This document shows, piece by piece, positions 45,501-57,258 of a stretch of 64,000 nucleotides of DNA (position 1 is the stretch's first letter; each line of letters opens with the position of its first letter). The position numbers and the translations under genes are program-made. The notes under the pieces are model-generated. The model made no database searches. It saw only the letters and a list, made by a program, of their open reading frames with translations, and was not told the DNA's origin. Source of the stretch: Octopus sinensis (taxonomy: Eukaryota); assembly GCF_006345805.1 (NCBI RefSeq), contig NC_043014.1:1054001-1118000 (forward strand), read 5' to 3'.

Positions 45501-48500
45501 ATAAGATACCCGCTTTTGGTTAAACGGCACCGCAAAATGTGGGAGTAGTTAGGAATCTAAATTGGAGGAGACAGAGTCTCACACACACAACTTCAATTTT
45601 ATATATAAAGATTATGAAAAAGGGGACATCAGAACGATGAGGAAGACAAATGATGATGTGTGTGTGTGTGTGTTACCTGGTACTTTCTTGGCCCAATCAA
45701 TGATGTACTTCAACTCAAGATAACCACACTGAAGAAGTTCATTTCCTGTCAGGTTACAAATCTTAACTTCACCAGCAAAGATTTCTATAAAGGGAGAGAA
45801 GTCGTCATTATATAAAAAAAACATTAAATAATAATAAAACAACAAAACATAATGCTGACATCAAAAGAATTAAAAAACTTCGAGAGAGTGTGAAATATTT
45901 TTATGTGGGGGGGGGGCAGTGAAATTCAAAGCAGATAAAGCAATAATTACGATTGCTAAGTCTACAGGAGACGTGAGTTCAAGTCCCATGAACAGCCATC
46001 AACTTTTTCTCTCCAAAGTGTTTTTAAGTGTGTGGTTTAGTGGTATTCAGCTCACAACTGTAAAGTCACGAGTTCAATTCCAACCGGTGCATTGCGTCCT
46101 TGACACTTTATTTCACATTGCTCCAGTCCAGCCAGGGCTGGCAGAAATGAGTACTTGTGAGTCAAAGGACCGACCGTGTCACACTGAATCTCCCTGAGAA
46201 CTATGTTAAGGGTCCACTCTGTGGAGTACTCAGCCACTTGCATGGAACACTTGTTGCAACTGACAGAGGCCATGTACATGCTTCTATTTATACATTTAAT
46301 TGCTTCAAGACCCACCGTTCCACAAATAATTTAATCCTTTTGTTACCAACCCGGCTGAAACCGGTCTGGCTCTGTAGTACAAATATCTTGTTTACATAAG
46401 TTTTGAATTAAAATCTTCCACCAAACCTTTGTCACAATTTATGTTCCTAACACTAGCTGAATGATAACCAAGTTATTTTACTAAATTCTTTGTTACATTT
46501 AAAGTAACTGAAAGAAACACAGAACATCTCAGAATAAATATGGTAATGAAAGGGTTAAAATGTATTTGAAGAAGAAAGAATTTGTACCAAAGCCTCAAAA
46601 CCCTCAACAACATGCTTCCTTCTGGAGGAACTGGCTTTTTCTACCTCAAGCGTAACCACTTGCTAATAACACTACCTCCACCACACACACCAGGGTACCT
46701 CTCTACTCTACACTGCTGTACCCATACTACCCACCCTCTAGTACCTACAACTGACCATTCATTATTCCCTCTCTGACCCCTAAGCTCACCTTCTGTTTTC
46801 GGTAACCTGTCGGGTGCTGCACTGATCACCCTCTCCAGTAACGTGTCGTGGTTCCTTGAAGTGCCACCACCACCGCCGCCGCCACCACCTCCATCATCGT
46901 TCTCTGCAATAATATTTTCCACTCTGCGCCGTTTGTGTCGATGTTTGCCTCCAGGGGTTCGATCCTCTCGCACAGCTAAAAATATCGATTTTTGAGAAAA
47001 AAGGAAAATAGAAAGATGAATTTTTAAAAAAGTTATAAATTAATTTACTCATTAAAAAGTTTAAAGTAAATTATATAAAATATGATAATCACTAGAGAGA
47101 GAGAGAGAGAGAGTGGACTGTCCACTAATAGTTCTTTAGTCCTAGGCTAGCCTTGGTCAAGCAGACCTATAATCAAAGACATTCCAGCTGTGACCATCCT
47201 GTCCTTTTCCTCATAATCTAGGACCACATTACCTAACATGTTTTCTAAGACAGTGGGGTGTGATTTAAAGGAGATTTGGCTGTTATTTTTAGCAAATCAA
47301 AATAGCATGTAGAGGTGTGATCACTGGTTTTGTGTGTGTAAGGAGTTCAAACAGAATTAGTTGTAAAACACACACAGTGTTGGAAGGGAACATGCTGTTG
47401 TGAAATAAAAATTACTGTTTAGCCCTAGGTCAGCCTTGATCTAAGCGACTTATGTTTAAAGAAATTCCAACTATGACCATCCCAGCTTATGTACAGAAAA
47501 CCAAGTACTACAGTATCTAACATGTCCATCCTTAAATGGTGGGATGTGATTTGAGGGAGATTTGGTTGCTGTTTCTAGCAAGTCGTGTAACACATCAAGA
47601 GTCCCTTGGGAGTCATGGGTGATCAGAGAGGTCACATGACCAGACAGGGTGCAGTTTTAGGGAAAACAATGTAAAACAATGGTGAATATTATCTGAAGAC
47701 CCAGACACGATAAGGGTGATAAATATTGGCTGGAGGGGACAGAAGAGACAACCAATGGGTTTCTGTTTCCTTTCTGATGTCTTAAAAGTAACCAGGGAAC
47801 CAACAACATTTGGAATCTTTCTTTAACAACCACCCAGATGGTTTCCATAAAGGCAGATCCATCAAAAGACCCATTCTCTTCTCTCACTCACCATTGGACT
47901 CTTTGAAGTTCAGTGGAAGCAATGTTGCTGCTTTGGAAATGATGTTTAGTAAGCAAACCATTTGACCATTGGAACTTTTCGTCTACAAACTCCACCCATC
48001 TCTTATCTCTTGGATCAATAACATCCTATCGGATCACACTGCCATGGAATATGCAGATCTCATTCTTTCTACCAACTCTGGCATGCCCCAAGGTTCAGTT
48101 TTCTCCCCCACTTTCTTCCCTTTCTACATCAATGACATATTGCCACAACATTCCACGACCCCTACTCTTACACAGATGACACAACCCTTCGATACCTCCG
48201 TAACATTCCCCAACCATCCACTCCCACCCCAGACACCACACACCAAACCCACACTGATGCCAGAAACAGAAACCTCAAAAGCATCTTCCAGTGGAGCCAG
48301 GCCATTCTTCTCTCTTTTGACAGCAAATAAAAACAGGCAGCATTTAACTGGACCCCAAATTTTGGGCCTTGTTATGACGGAAGATTTCTCCTATCAAGAT
48401 CATATCCATAAGGACCACAACCCCAAAACTGGGCCCATTTCTTTAAGGCCACAAAATACTTCAACCCCAAATAATTACTCAGGTAAGGTCCACAATGGAG

Positions 48501-49766
48501 TGTTACTCTCTCACCTGAGATGCTGCTGCTGTACAGACATCCCAAAACCCATCCAGATGAGGGTCACCTGACTGGTTGATACCAAATCACCCTCCTACCC
48601 ACACGCTGTCTCCTCCCTTTGTTTTTTGTACCACTACTAGAATGGTCTCTGTTCCTTGAAACAGGCTCCTCTTGTGCTATCTCCCCTCAATCATCGCCAT
48701 TTAACGTCCATTTTCCATGCTAGCATGGGTTGGACGGTCGACCGGGGTCTGGGAAGCCAGGAGGTTGCACCAGTCCCCAGTCTGAGCCTGTGGGTCAATA
48801 CTTACCACATGACACCCCAGGCACCACACTAATCCCAATGTCCAGTCATTCTTCCCCAGAATGTTATCCCTCTGGAACTCACTTCCCAATGCTAATCTTA
48901 AAAGTTTACTGACTTATTTCAGGAATCTCAATTAAGTCTTCAGATGTTGGCTTCCTTCAGTCTGAAGAATGTTGATGGCATCACATCTCATTAGTCTTGG
49001 AGCAGCTGAGATGGTCTTGACCATTCTGACCCATCACCCAGATCCAGCAAGTGAAAAACAACACACACACACACACGTATGCATTCTATATTATATATCA
49101 TCATCATTTAACGTCCGCTTTCCATGCTAGCATGATATATATATATACATACACACACACACACATTAAATGTGTGTGTGTGTGTGCATATATACACATA
49201 CATACAATCCACACACGTACAGAGGAGCCCCCTTCATCCCACCACAGTCCACAATTAGAGGCCAAAGTGTCACGATGTCCTGCGACATCGGTCAATAGTT
49301 GAAGCAGTGTCAGGATATTTGATGTTCCTGATCAGGACGGCTTTGAAAGCAATGGATTACAAATAATTTAACACACACACACATTGTGGACCCACCTAAT
49401 GACTCTTGTGTGTTTAGGGGCGGGGGGGGATAACTGTACACTGTGGTGGTGGTCGTGGTGGAGAAGTCAAGTTAATGGGTGTCTAATGAAGAGGTTGCAG
49501 AACAGAAAACACACAGCTTCTGTAATGGGGGGGGGAGGGGGATTGTATAATGCGCTGGGGATTATTGTATGGATATAGCTTTACATGTTTATACATCCTT
49601 TCTCTATATAAACATATATATACAATTGTTTGTTTGTATTCCACCTGCCTTCGTCTTTTGTTTATTTCCGTAAACCTGCCTTCGTCTTTTGCCTATTTTC
49701 ATAAAGCTTCCCGTTATATATATATATACCTATACACATACATGAATGCACACGTGTATGTATGTA

Positions 49767-49822
<56 letters not shown>

Positions 49823-52800
49823 ATATAATATATATCATGGCTGTACAATGAGAAGGTCACTCCCCCCCCTGCCCCAATGTAGAGCACATTGGACGTCTGC
49901 TACTATAGCTTGATGCCAATCAAAAAGTCATGGAGGAATTTAATAGATGGAAACTGCAAAAAAAAAAAACAAAAACAAAAAAAATCCAACTGTTGTATGT
50001 TAAATAATAATAATAATAAACATTGTGTACAGTGCTCAGGTGCACTACAACTCATCTAAAGTGTATATATAATCAGGTGAAGTTTCGGCGGATTTCGGAA
50101 AGCATGAGGGCCTTAAAAGATGCAGTGTCATGGCAGTCAACAACTGACGCAGGCAGTTTATTCCACGCTTCAGCAACTCTGAGCGTGAAAAAATGTTTCC
50201 GAAAGTCATGGGAGCTGTATTGTTTTCTGACTTTGTAGGCATGTCCACGTGTGTTAGACACATGGAGATCAAAAAGGTGTTCAGTGTTGTTGTTGGTGAG
50301 GTGGTTGATAACTTTGTGGGTGTTTACCAAGTCCGTCGCCAAACGCCGGAGCTTCAGTGAATCCATGCCCAGGGAAACAAGGCGCTCAGAATATGGTAGG
50401 TGTCTGATGGAGGGTATGCGTTTGGTTGCACGTCTCTGGACAGATTCCAGGAGGTCAATGTTCTGTGCAAGATAGGGGTTCCAAACTGATGATGCGAATT
50501 CCAAGTGTGGTCGTACCATAGCTGTATACAGTTTTAAATAGATGGCTGGAGAGCGGCTAACAAAAGACCTGCTGAGTGATGCCAAGACACCCTCGGCCTT
50601 CCTGACAATCTTAGAGATATGCTTTGACCAACGCAAATCACTGCTGACAGTGATGCCTAGGTCACGCTCGCAAGAGGATTTCTTGATATCAGTGTTGTGG
50701 AGGGAGTATGTGAACGCAGGGTTTTTTCTCCCAAAATGCATGGTGGTACACTTGTCCACAGCCAGTTTCAGTTGCCAGTCTGTGATCCATTGCTGCATTG
50801 TGTCTAGGTCTGATTGCAGGAAAGAGTTGTAGACATCAGGATCTGTCCTCTTGATTTCAAGGTACAGCTTGATGTCGTCTGCATATTTCAATACTGTGGC
50901 ATTCTTTAAATTGGCATCTATGTCGTTAATGTATGCCACAAACAAGAGGGGACCAAGGACAGATCCCTGTGGTACACCCGATGACATCTCATATGGTGTA
51001 GAGTGCTGTCCTAGAACTGTGACTACCTCCTTTCGGCTGAGGATGAAGGATTTCAACCAGTTAAAAAGGTCATCCCCCACACCCATTGCAGAGAGTTTCA
51101 CCATAAGCTTTTGTGTGGCACAGAGTTGAAAGCCTTAGCAAAGTCAAGGTAGACAACATCCACCCATGAGCCACTGTCAGTAATCTGAGTAATGTCCTCA
51201 AGGAACTCGACAAGCTGGTCACTGCAGCTGGAGTTAGGGACAAATCCATATTGTGAGGGTCGGATGAGACTGTGAGAGCTCCAGAAGTTCCAGAGTGTTT
51301 CTCTGACACACGATTCCATCAGTTTTGCAATACAGCTAGTGAGACTGACTGGGCGATAGTTGACAGGTGATGTGCGGTCGCCCTTTTTGAACAGAGGAAT
51401 GACACTGGCAGTTTTCCACTGCTCCGGAGTAGCACCATTGTTGAGACAGTACTGGAAGAAAATAGAAAGCTGGTGTAAAAGGAAGTGCCTGCCACGTTTG
51501 AGAAGCAGGTATGTAACTCCATCGAGACCAGGGGAGGCATAGTTGCGCTTATTTTGAAGGTGACGTCGCAGCATTGCAGGTGTAAATTCCATAGTTGTTA
51601 TGGAGTTTGCTGTTAGTGATGGTGAAGATGGTACATTTTGACTTTCAACAGTGAATATGTTTGCATAGCACTCGGCAATGAGTTCTGCGCATTCCTTGGG
51701 GTCGTCAGTGATCTGGTTTGTGTGAGGGTTGCGAAGAGGGCCCACTGGAGAGTGAGGTCTCTGCTTTGAGTGCACATATTTCCAGAAAACCTTGCTGTCA
51801 GGATTGGCTGCTATGCACTGTTCAAATTCAAGCACTGCTTTTTTTGTCACTTGCTTGAGATGGTTGGAGGATTTATTCCGCTTCTTCCTGTTGGTGTCTG
51901 ATTTATGCAACCTGTATTCCCGTTCAGCAGTCCGACGTTCCCTCCTGGCAAGTCGGACCGCTGAAGTTTCCCAAATTGCCCTTTTGGGGCGGTTCTTCTT
52001 TTTTTGTTTACGTGGCACTGATGCTGCACATGCTGCCCATATTGAGTCCAGGATACTCTGGAGTATAGTATTCACATCTCCAGAGTTGTAGAATTCACGC
52101 CAGTTTGGGTGCTGTAGTTCAGTGTGGTACAGGTTCCAATCTGCTCTCTTCCAATCGAAGGAAGCAGATTGGAGATGGTTCAGGTTTTTGTTGCCCGCAA
52201 GAGCCAGATTGGCGATGATCATAGCATGATCAGAGTCACCTAGAGGTTCCTCCGTAGTGCAATTGATAACCGCTTCAGGAGTTGTGGTGAAGAGCAGGTC
52301 CAAGGTGTTGTCGCCTCTTGTTGGAGAGGTGACTACTTGTGACCAGTTTGAGTCCAGCACAAGCTCAACAAAATCGTTTGCACTCTGTGGCCAATGGAAG
52401 GTCTCCCAATCGATCTCAGGATGATTGAAATCGCCTGCAATAAACACATAAGTGGCTGTTTTCCTGGCAGCAGCTCGGAGGACATTGCAAAGCTGTGTGT
52501 CCCGATGGTAACTTGGGGGACGATAAACAACGCCAAGCAGGAGTGTTGACATGGTCATACGCACGTCACAGAAAAAAACTTCTTCTTGTGATTCGTTCAA
52601 ATCGGCACAAGGAATTACCAAAAAATTTGAACGAACGTAGACCATCACACCACCACCACGGCGGTTAGTGCGGTCCTTACGGAAGAGGTTGTACCCCGTA
52701 ATGTTGAAAACCCCATCACAGAGTAAGGAATGCGCCCATGTTTCCGTAACAGTGATGAAGTCAGGGTCAACACTTCTGACGTAGGCGTTGAACAAATATA

Positions 52801-55800
52801 TTTTGTTGCATAAACTGCGAGCATTTAAGGACAACAATTTGTACCCTGCTCGCAGTTTATGATGGTGTGTAGAGGATGGCAGGTTGTTCTGGCTTAGTTT
52901 CCCTGAGTTGCTGTAGTCTTTTTAGTTATTGTGGGTAGAGAGCACTCAGACCAGCTGGTATCTCTCTTCCACGTTTCAGCAGTCTTGACAAATCTCCAGA
53001 TTTGTCCATCTTCCCGAAGACTGAAGCTTTCCTGTAGAGCTGAGTTCCTATTCAGGGAAGCCACTACACGTAGCTTCGTATATATAGTTGCCAATTCTGT
53101 ACAAGACATTGTAGATCTTTAGCTGGGCTAAAAAGTCACATTCGATCACAGCACCACTAACAGTTAAGCTTCGTGCAATGGCCATACTCGATAATGAGGG
53201 GGCAGCCATCATATATATAAATATATTGTCTTTTCTTTTGAAAAATGTTTTTGTTACACAATTGCTTGAAAGTGCTGGAGTCGAACCTGAGACAGTAGAC
53301 ATTATAGAACTTGGTTTGAGAAGAAACAAAACTTAGACAATCCTCCTGTGGTCATGATTTACATCCAACACAATAAATACACCAAGACAAGGAACGGATC
53401 CCATATTATTTAGATTAGGAATAAGAATTACATGAGGTAAGAAGTAGACGTGAAAAGGATAAATAAAGAAAGAATGATACAGCAATTAAAAATCAGATTA
53501 AATTTAAGATTAGCACCAAGACATTGACTTGGTGTGTTTATTGTGTTGATGGAAATCATAACTGTGAAGGCGCGTGGCTTAGTGGTTAGAGCATTTGGCT
53601 CATGATCGTAAGGTCGTGAGTTCGATTCCTGGCGATGCGTTGTGTCCTTGAGCAAGACACTTTATTTCACGTTGCTCCAGTCCACTCAGCTGGCAAAAAT
53701 GAGTTGTACTTGTATTTCAAAGGGTCAGCCTTGTCGCACTCTGTGTCACACTGAATCTCCTTGCGAACTACGTTAAGGGTACACGTGTCTGTGGAGTGCT
53801 CAGCCACTTGCACGTTAATTTCACGAGCAGGCTGTTCCGTTGATTGGATCAGCTGGGACTCTCGTCGTCGTAACCGACGGAGTGCTCCAAATCATAACTA
53901 TAGAATGATTATCTAAATTTTGTCTCTTCTGAAACCGAGTTATATAATAATATATATATATATGTCCCCTCTATACTTTAAAACTCTCAACTGACACAAA
54001 GCCATACACACACACCTCAATACTATTCCCCACCTCCCAGTTGAGGGGGTTTTCTCATGTAAAGAACTCGGTGACTTTGTCAGGGCTGGTGCCATGGTAC
54101 AAAGCACCCAGTACCCTCTCTAAAGGGTAGGAAGGGCATCCAGCTGTAGAAACCAGGCCAAAGCAGACAAATGGAATGTGGTGCTGCTCCTGGCCTTGCC
54201 AGCTCCTGTCAATTTGTCCAACTCATGCCAGCAGGGAAAAAGGGATATTAAATGGTGATAATCCTCATCAACATGATATATCATCATCTTTCTGACAACA
54301 CTTACAAGAAGAAGAAGACTTATGAAGATTGATCTCAAGATGCTGATCCTCGAAGAAGAAATGAAAAAAGGTCAAGATGACTGGTGACTCTCTCTCTGCT
54401 GGGGTAGACCGACCCACCCCAATACACACACACATGGCAATAGGTTTGCGTTAGGGTTAGAAGTTTGTTTCCCAATCACATGGTTTGGGGTTCTAGTCCC
54501 ACCTTGGTCAAGCATCTACCACTCTAGCCCTGGGTGGACCAAAGTGCTGTGAATGAATCTGGTACTTCATTTAATCAACCCACGAGGGATGAAGGGCAAA
54601 GATGATCTCAGCAAGATTTGAACTCAGAATGCAAAAAGCCAAAGGAAATGCCACTAAACCTTTTTGTCTGAGATGCAGGCATTCTTTTCTCTCTTTCTTT
54701 TCTACTCAAGGCACAAGGCCTGAAATTTTGGGGGAGGTGTCCAATCAATTAGATTGACCCTAGTATGCAACTGGTACTTAATTTATTGACCCTGAAAGGA
54801 TGAAAGGCAAAGTCGACCCTGGCGGAATTTGAACTCAGAATGTGAAGACAGATGAAATGCCGATAAGCATTTCACCCAGCGTGCTAACGATTCTACCAGC
54901 TCTTCACCTTATCAGATTGCAAAAATATTCTTGTTGCCAGATACGGAATTCTTCAGAAGTGTCTGCATCAATATCCTGCTTGATAATGGCGCTCCCTGCC
55001 ACTCCCTTACATTGAAACCCTTCAATGGTATTTGGCCCAGACTATGAGAAAACAGCAATGACAACCAGTTTGTAGGGACCGGCTGGTTTTGTTTGTGGGT
55101 TTTTTTTTTAAATGAGATTTGCGAAAATGCAATCATTAACATAGAATTAACGACAATGATGATAGTGATGATGATGATGATCTCTCTTGAGGATGTAACG
55201 GCAGCAGATCTCTGACATCCTGTTGAGGTCATAATGTTGAGGTGTTCATGACTTTCCCAGGTTTATTTACAGAGTGAATGTCCCCCCCCGTCTCAGCGGG
55301 AATGTGAACTGTGCTCCATATCCTGCTTTTCTGGCAAATTTACGCTGCACCCACTGACCTTCAGGGTGGGGGTGGGTGGGAGGGAAGAGGATTACTCTTA
55401 GCAGCAACAACAACAACAACCAGTAAAACAACATTTACAATAACAACAGTGAAAACATGGTTGTCAAGGACAATCACAAAAAAACAAAAAAAAAGGAAGT
55501 AAACCAACGGACAATGAAGTGATTGTCATTGTTACTGGTGCTGCCTCTACAATAGCAAACGCCCACCACCACCACTTCTGGAGGTGGGGGTCAGCACCAA
55601 ATCACCACCACCACCACTTCTGGAGGTGGGGGTCAGCACCAAATCACCACCACCACCACCGCAACAACAAAAGCTGTCAAGGTCAATAAACCACCTGTTT
55701 ATTGTAATATTTTCCCACAAAACATGTTTGGTGTGTTTGCTTGTTTGTTGAGTCAAAAATTCACGGTTAATCTTACTCCAAGGCAACAAGATACAACCAA

Positions 55801-57258
55801 CGACACTGGACCTCCACACGTTTCTTTCTCTTTCTCTCTCTCCTCGTTAACAAGACGAGCCATCTAGCGCCAGTGTGGTGGTTGTTCTATGCGTCCCTTT
55901 CTAAACCTGTCAACTATTCTTTGACTGTCAGATGTCATTCTATAATGTTTGGTGTCCAAGTCACTTCTATTGAGCAACTGGCTGAGAGAGAATATGGCCC
56001 AGAAGGTGTCAGATATAGAGGATACATTACTAGGGTAGAGTTCTGTGGGGAGATCACTTCTGCATAGGGATCAGATACAGAGGGTGCATAAATGGGGTAC
56101 ACTTCTGTGTGGTACCACTGCTGATTATATGAAAAGTCAGAAATAAAGACTATGTTAACGGAGTACCTTTCATGACACATTGAAGAGGTACCTCAATTAT
56201 TATAGGCTATATTTGCAGGGTACAATTACTACGGGAAATTACAGGGTTATATCCCAGCCAGATTCATTTTGTCTTTTAAGCTTCAAAAGTTGATAAAAAA
56301 AGTGTAACCATCATCATTGTTTTAACGTCCATTTTCCCAGGCTTGCATGGGTCAGATGGATACCCTTCCTGTTGCCAGTCTTCACCTGTTCCCAAGCAGA
56401 GTAATATTGCCCCACGGAACACTGGAAATGAACACCACCACTTTACAATCCTCACGTGATGTCAAGACAAGGATACACACACACATAATGCATATAAATA
56501 AACAAACAAATATCTTGACACAATGGGCTTCTTTCAGTTTCCTTTGAACAAATCCACTCATAAGGCTAATCTATAATAGACAACAAGTTGAGTTGATATG
56601 ATTAACGACAACTTTGATAGACTCTGCAAAAGAATCAAAGTAGACTCAGAAGTGTCTTTGAGGACATATTCCACTTACCGTCTCTTTTCATGCCAACTTG
56701 CAGGCAACGCTGGAAGCGACAATGTTGGCAGCTGTTTCTGGTGAATTTGTTGATGATGCAGTGGCCGCTGTCTTTGCACTTGTAAATCAAATTCTTCTGG
56801 ACAGTCCGTTTAAAGAATCCTTTACACCCCTCGCAAGAAAATGCCGAGTAGTGATAGCCCGACCCAAGATCATTGCACACTAAACAGTATCCGATATTAG
56901 ACTGGTCCATTTCCATGGTAGGGGAGTTCTGGTCGATTGATGATCCATTGGAGATTTCCAGTTGAATGGTTTCGGTTCCGCTTGACATTTGTGATGAGGT
57001 TGGAGAAGGCATCGTGATGATGAGTTTACCTTTAGGATCCGGGGAACAGTTGTTGGAGGATGTCATTTCCTGGTTTTCCAGAACAATGTTGGAACTTCTC
57101 TCAGCATCCGAATAATCGGATGTCAAGGAATTCAACTTGTCTGGAGATTGGATCGTGATAACAAGTTCCTTTGAGGAGTTTAAGGGGTCTTCATTGCACT
57201 GCTGGACAGAATCGCTTTCTGAAATGTCGACGGCATTCTCATTTGCCGTGTCAGCCAT
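42292..57258 (-). CDS. Orphan nuclear receptor, 460 aa, 6 coding exons; probably NR7/NR8 (NR8A1-like) subfamily
   Basis: Exons 57258-56679, 46975-46790, 45784-45677, 43907-43823, 43366-43179 and 42527-42292 total 1383 nt with consistent phases. C4 DNA-binding domain CLVCND...[13 protein letters not shown]...CKDSGHC...[12 protein letters not shown]; C-terminal extension [16 protein letters not shown]; ligand-binding-domain signature [14 protein letters not shown]...DQTALLK; helix 10 LLRLPALR. Being a nuclear receptor is certain; the subfamily comes from recalled motifs. Confidence 0.92.
43179..43366 (-). CDS. Nuclear receptor exon: LBD helices 6-8
   Basis: cacag| and |gtgagt; [14 protein letters not shown]. 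Confidence 0.94.
43823..43907 (-). CDS. Nuclear receptor exon: LBD helices 4-5
   Basis: gccag| and |gtaggc; [29 protein letters not shown]. Confidence 0.94.
44772..45028. mobile_element. hAT-like MITE
   Basis: Degenerate TIRs AGTGGTTCTCAACC ... GGATGAGAAACCCTG. Confidence 0.55.
45030..45312 (-). mobile_element. Tc1/mariner transposase fragment
   Basis: [25 protein letters not shown] resembles the WPPRSPDLxPLDFxLWG motif. Confidence 0.8.
45317..45611 (-). mobile_element. Non-autonomous Helitron
   Basis: On the minus strand: A|TC 5' end, CCCGAGCAACGCCGGG hairpin 8 nt before the CTAG|T 3' end, inserted in an AT dinucleotide without TSD. Confidence 0.85.
45677..45784 (-). CDS. Nuclear receptor exon: LBD helix 3
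   Basis: tatag| and |gtaaca; IIDWAKKVP. Confidence 0.94.
46331..46558. mobile_element. piggyBac-like MITE with TTAA target duplication
   Basis: TTAA|TCCTTTTGTTACCA ... TGGTAATGAAAGGG|TTAA; a similar, more decayed element lies at about 44047-44260. Confidence 0.75.
46790..46975 (-). CDS. Nuclear receptor exon: T/A-box, basic NLS-like stretch, poly-Gly hinge
   Basis: tttag| and |gtgagc. Confidence 0.93.
47950..48680 (+). mobile_element. Decayed non-LTR retrotransposon RT fragment
   Basis: [20 protein letters not shown], then multiple frameshifts. Confidence 0.75.
50003..53210 (-). mobile_element. Near-intact CR1/L2-group LINE (family B) with APE endonuclease + reverse transcriptase ORF2 and (ATT)n tail
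   Basis: ORFs 52837-51098 and 51104-50073 join after a 1-nt frameshift. APE motifs: NARS, TETW, YRPP, GDFN, LDL, SDH. RT motifs: [33 protein letters not shown]. Short 3' UTR with an AGTGC/GCACT hairpin. The 5' boundary is approximate. Confidence 0.95.
53564..53888 (+). mobile_element. Young tRNA-derived SINE with 11-bp TSD
   Basis: A box TGGCTTAGTGG, B box GTTCGATTCC, TSD AAATCATAACT at 53553-53563 and 53889-53899. Confidence 0.92.
55565..55660. repeat. 42-bp tandem duplication
   Basis: ACCACCACCACTTCTGGAGGTGGGGGTCAGCACCAAATC occurs twice. Confidence 0.95.
56679..57258 (-). CDS. Nuclear receptor exon: A/B domain plus both zinc fingers
   Basis: Acceptor ttcag| at 57274/57273, ATG at 57258, donor G|gtaagt at 56679. 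Confidence 0.95.

Noticed and set aside
53564-53640. tRNA-like sequence with A and B boxes
   Set aside because: It is a SINE head: no acceptor stem closure, followed by the SINE body and flanked by a TSD
55900-56210. Complex sequence with an 81-aa minus-strand ORF in the receptor intron
   Set aside because: No splice sites compatible with the receptor frame, which already joins correctly, and no recognisable homology
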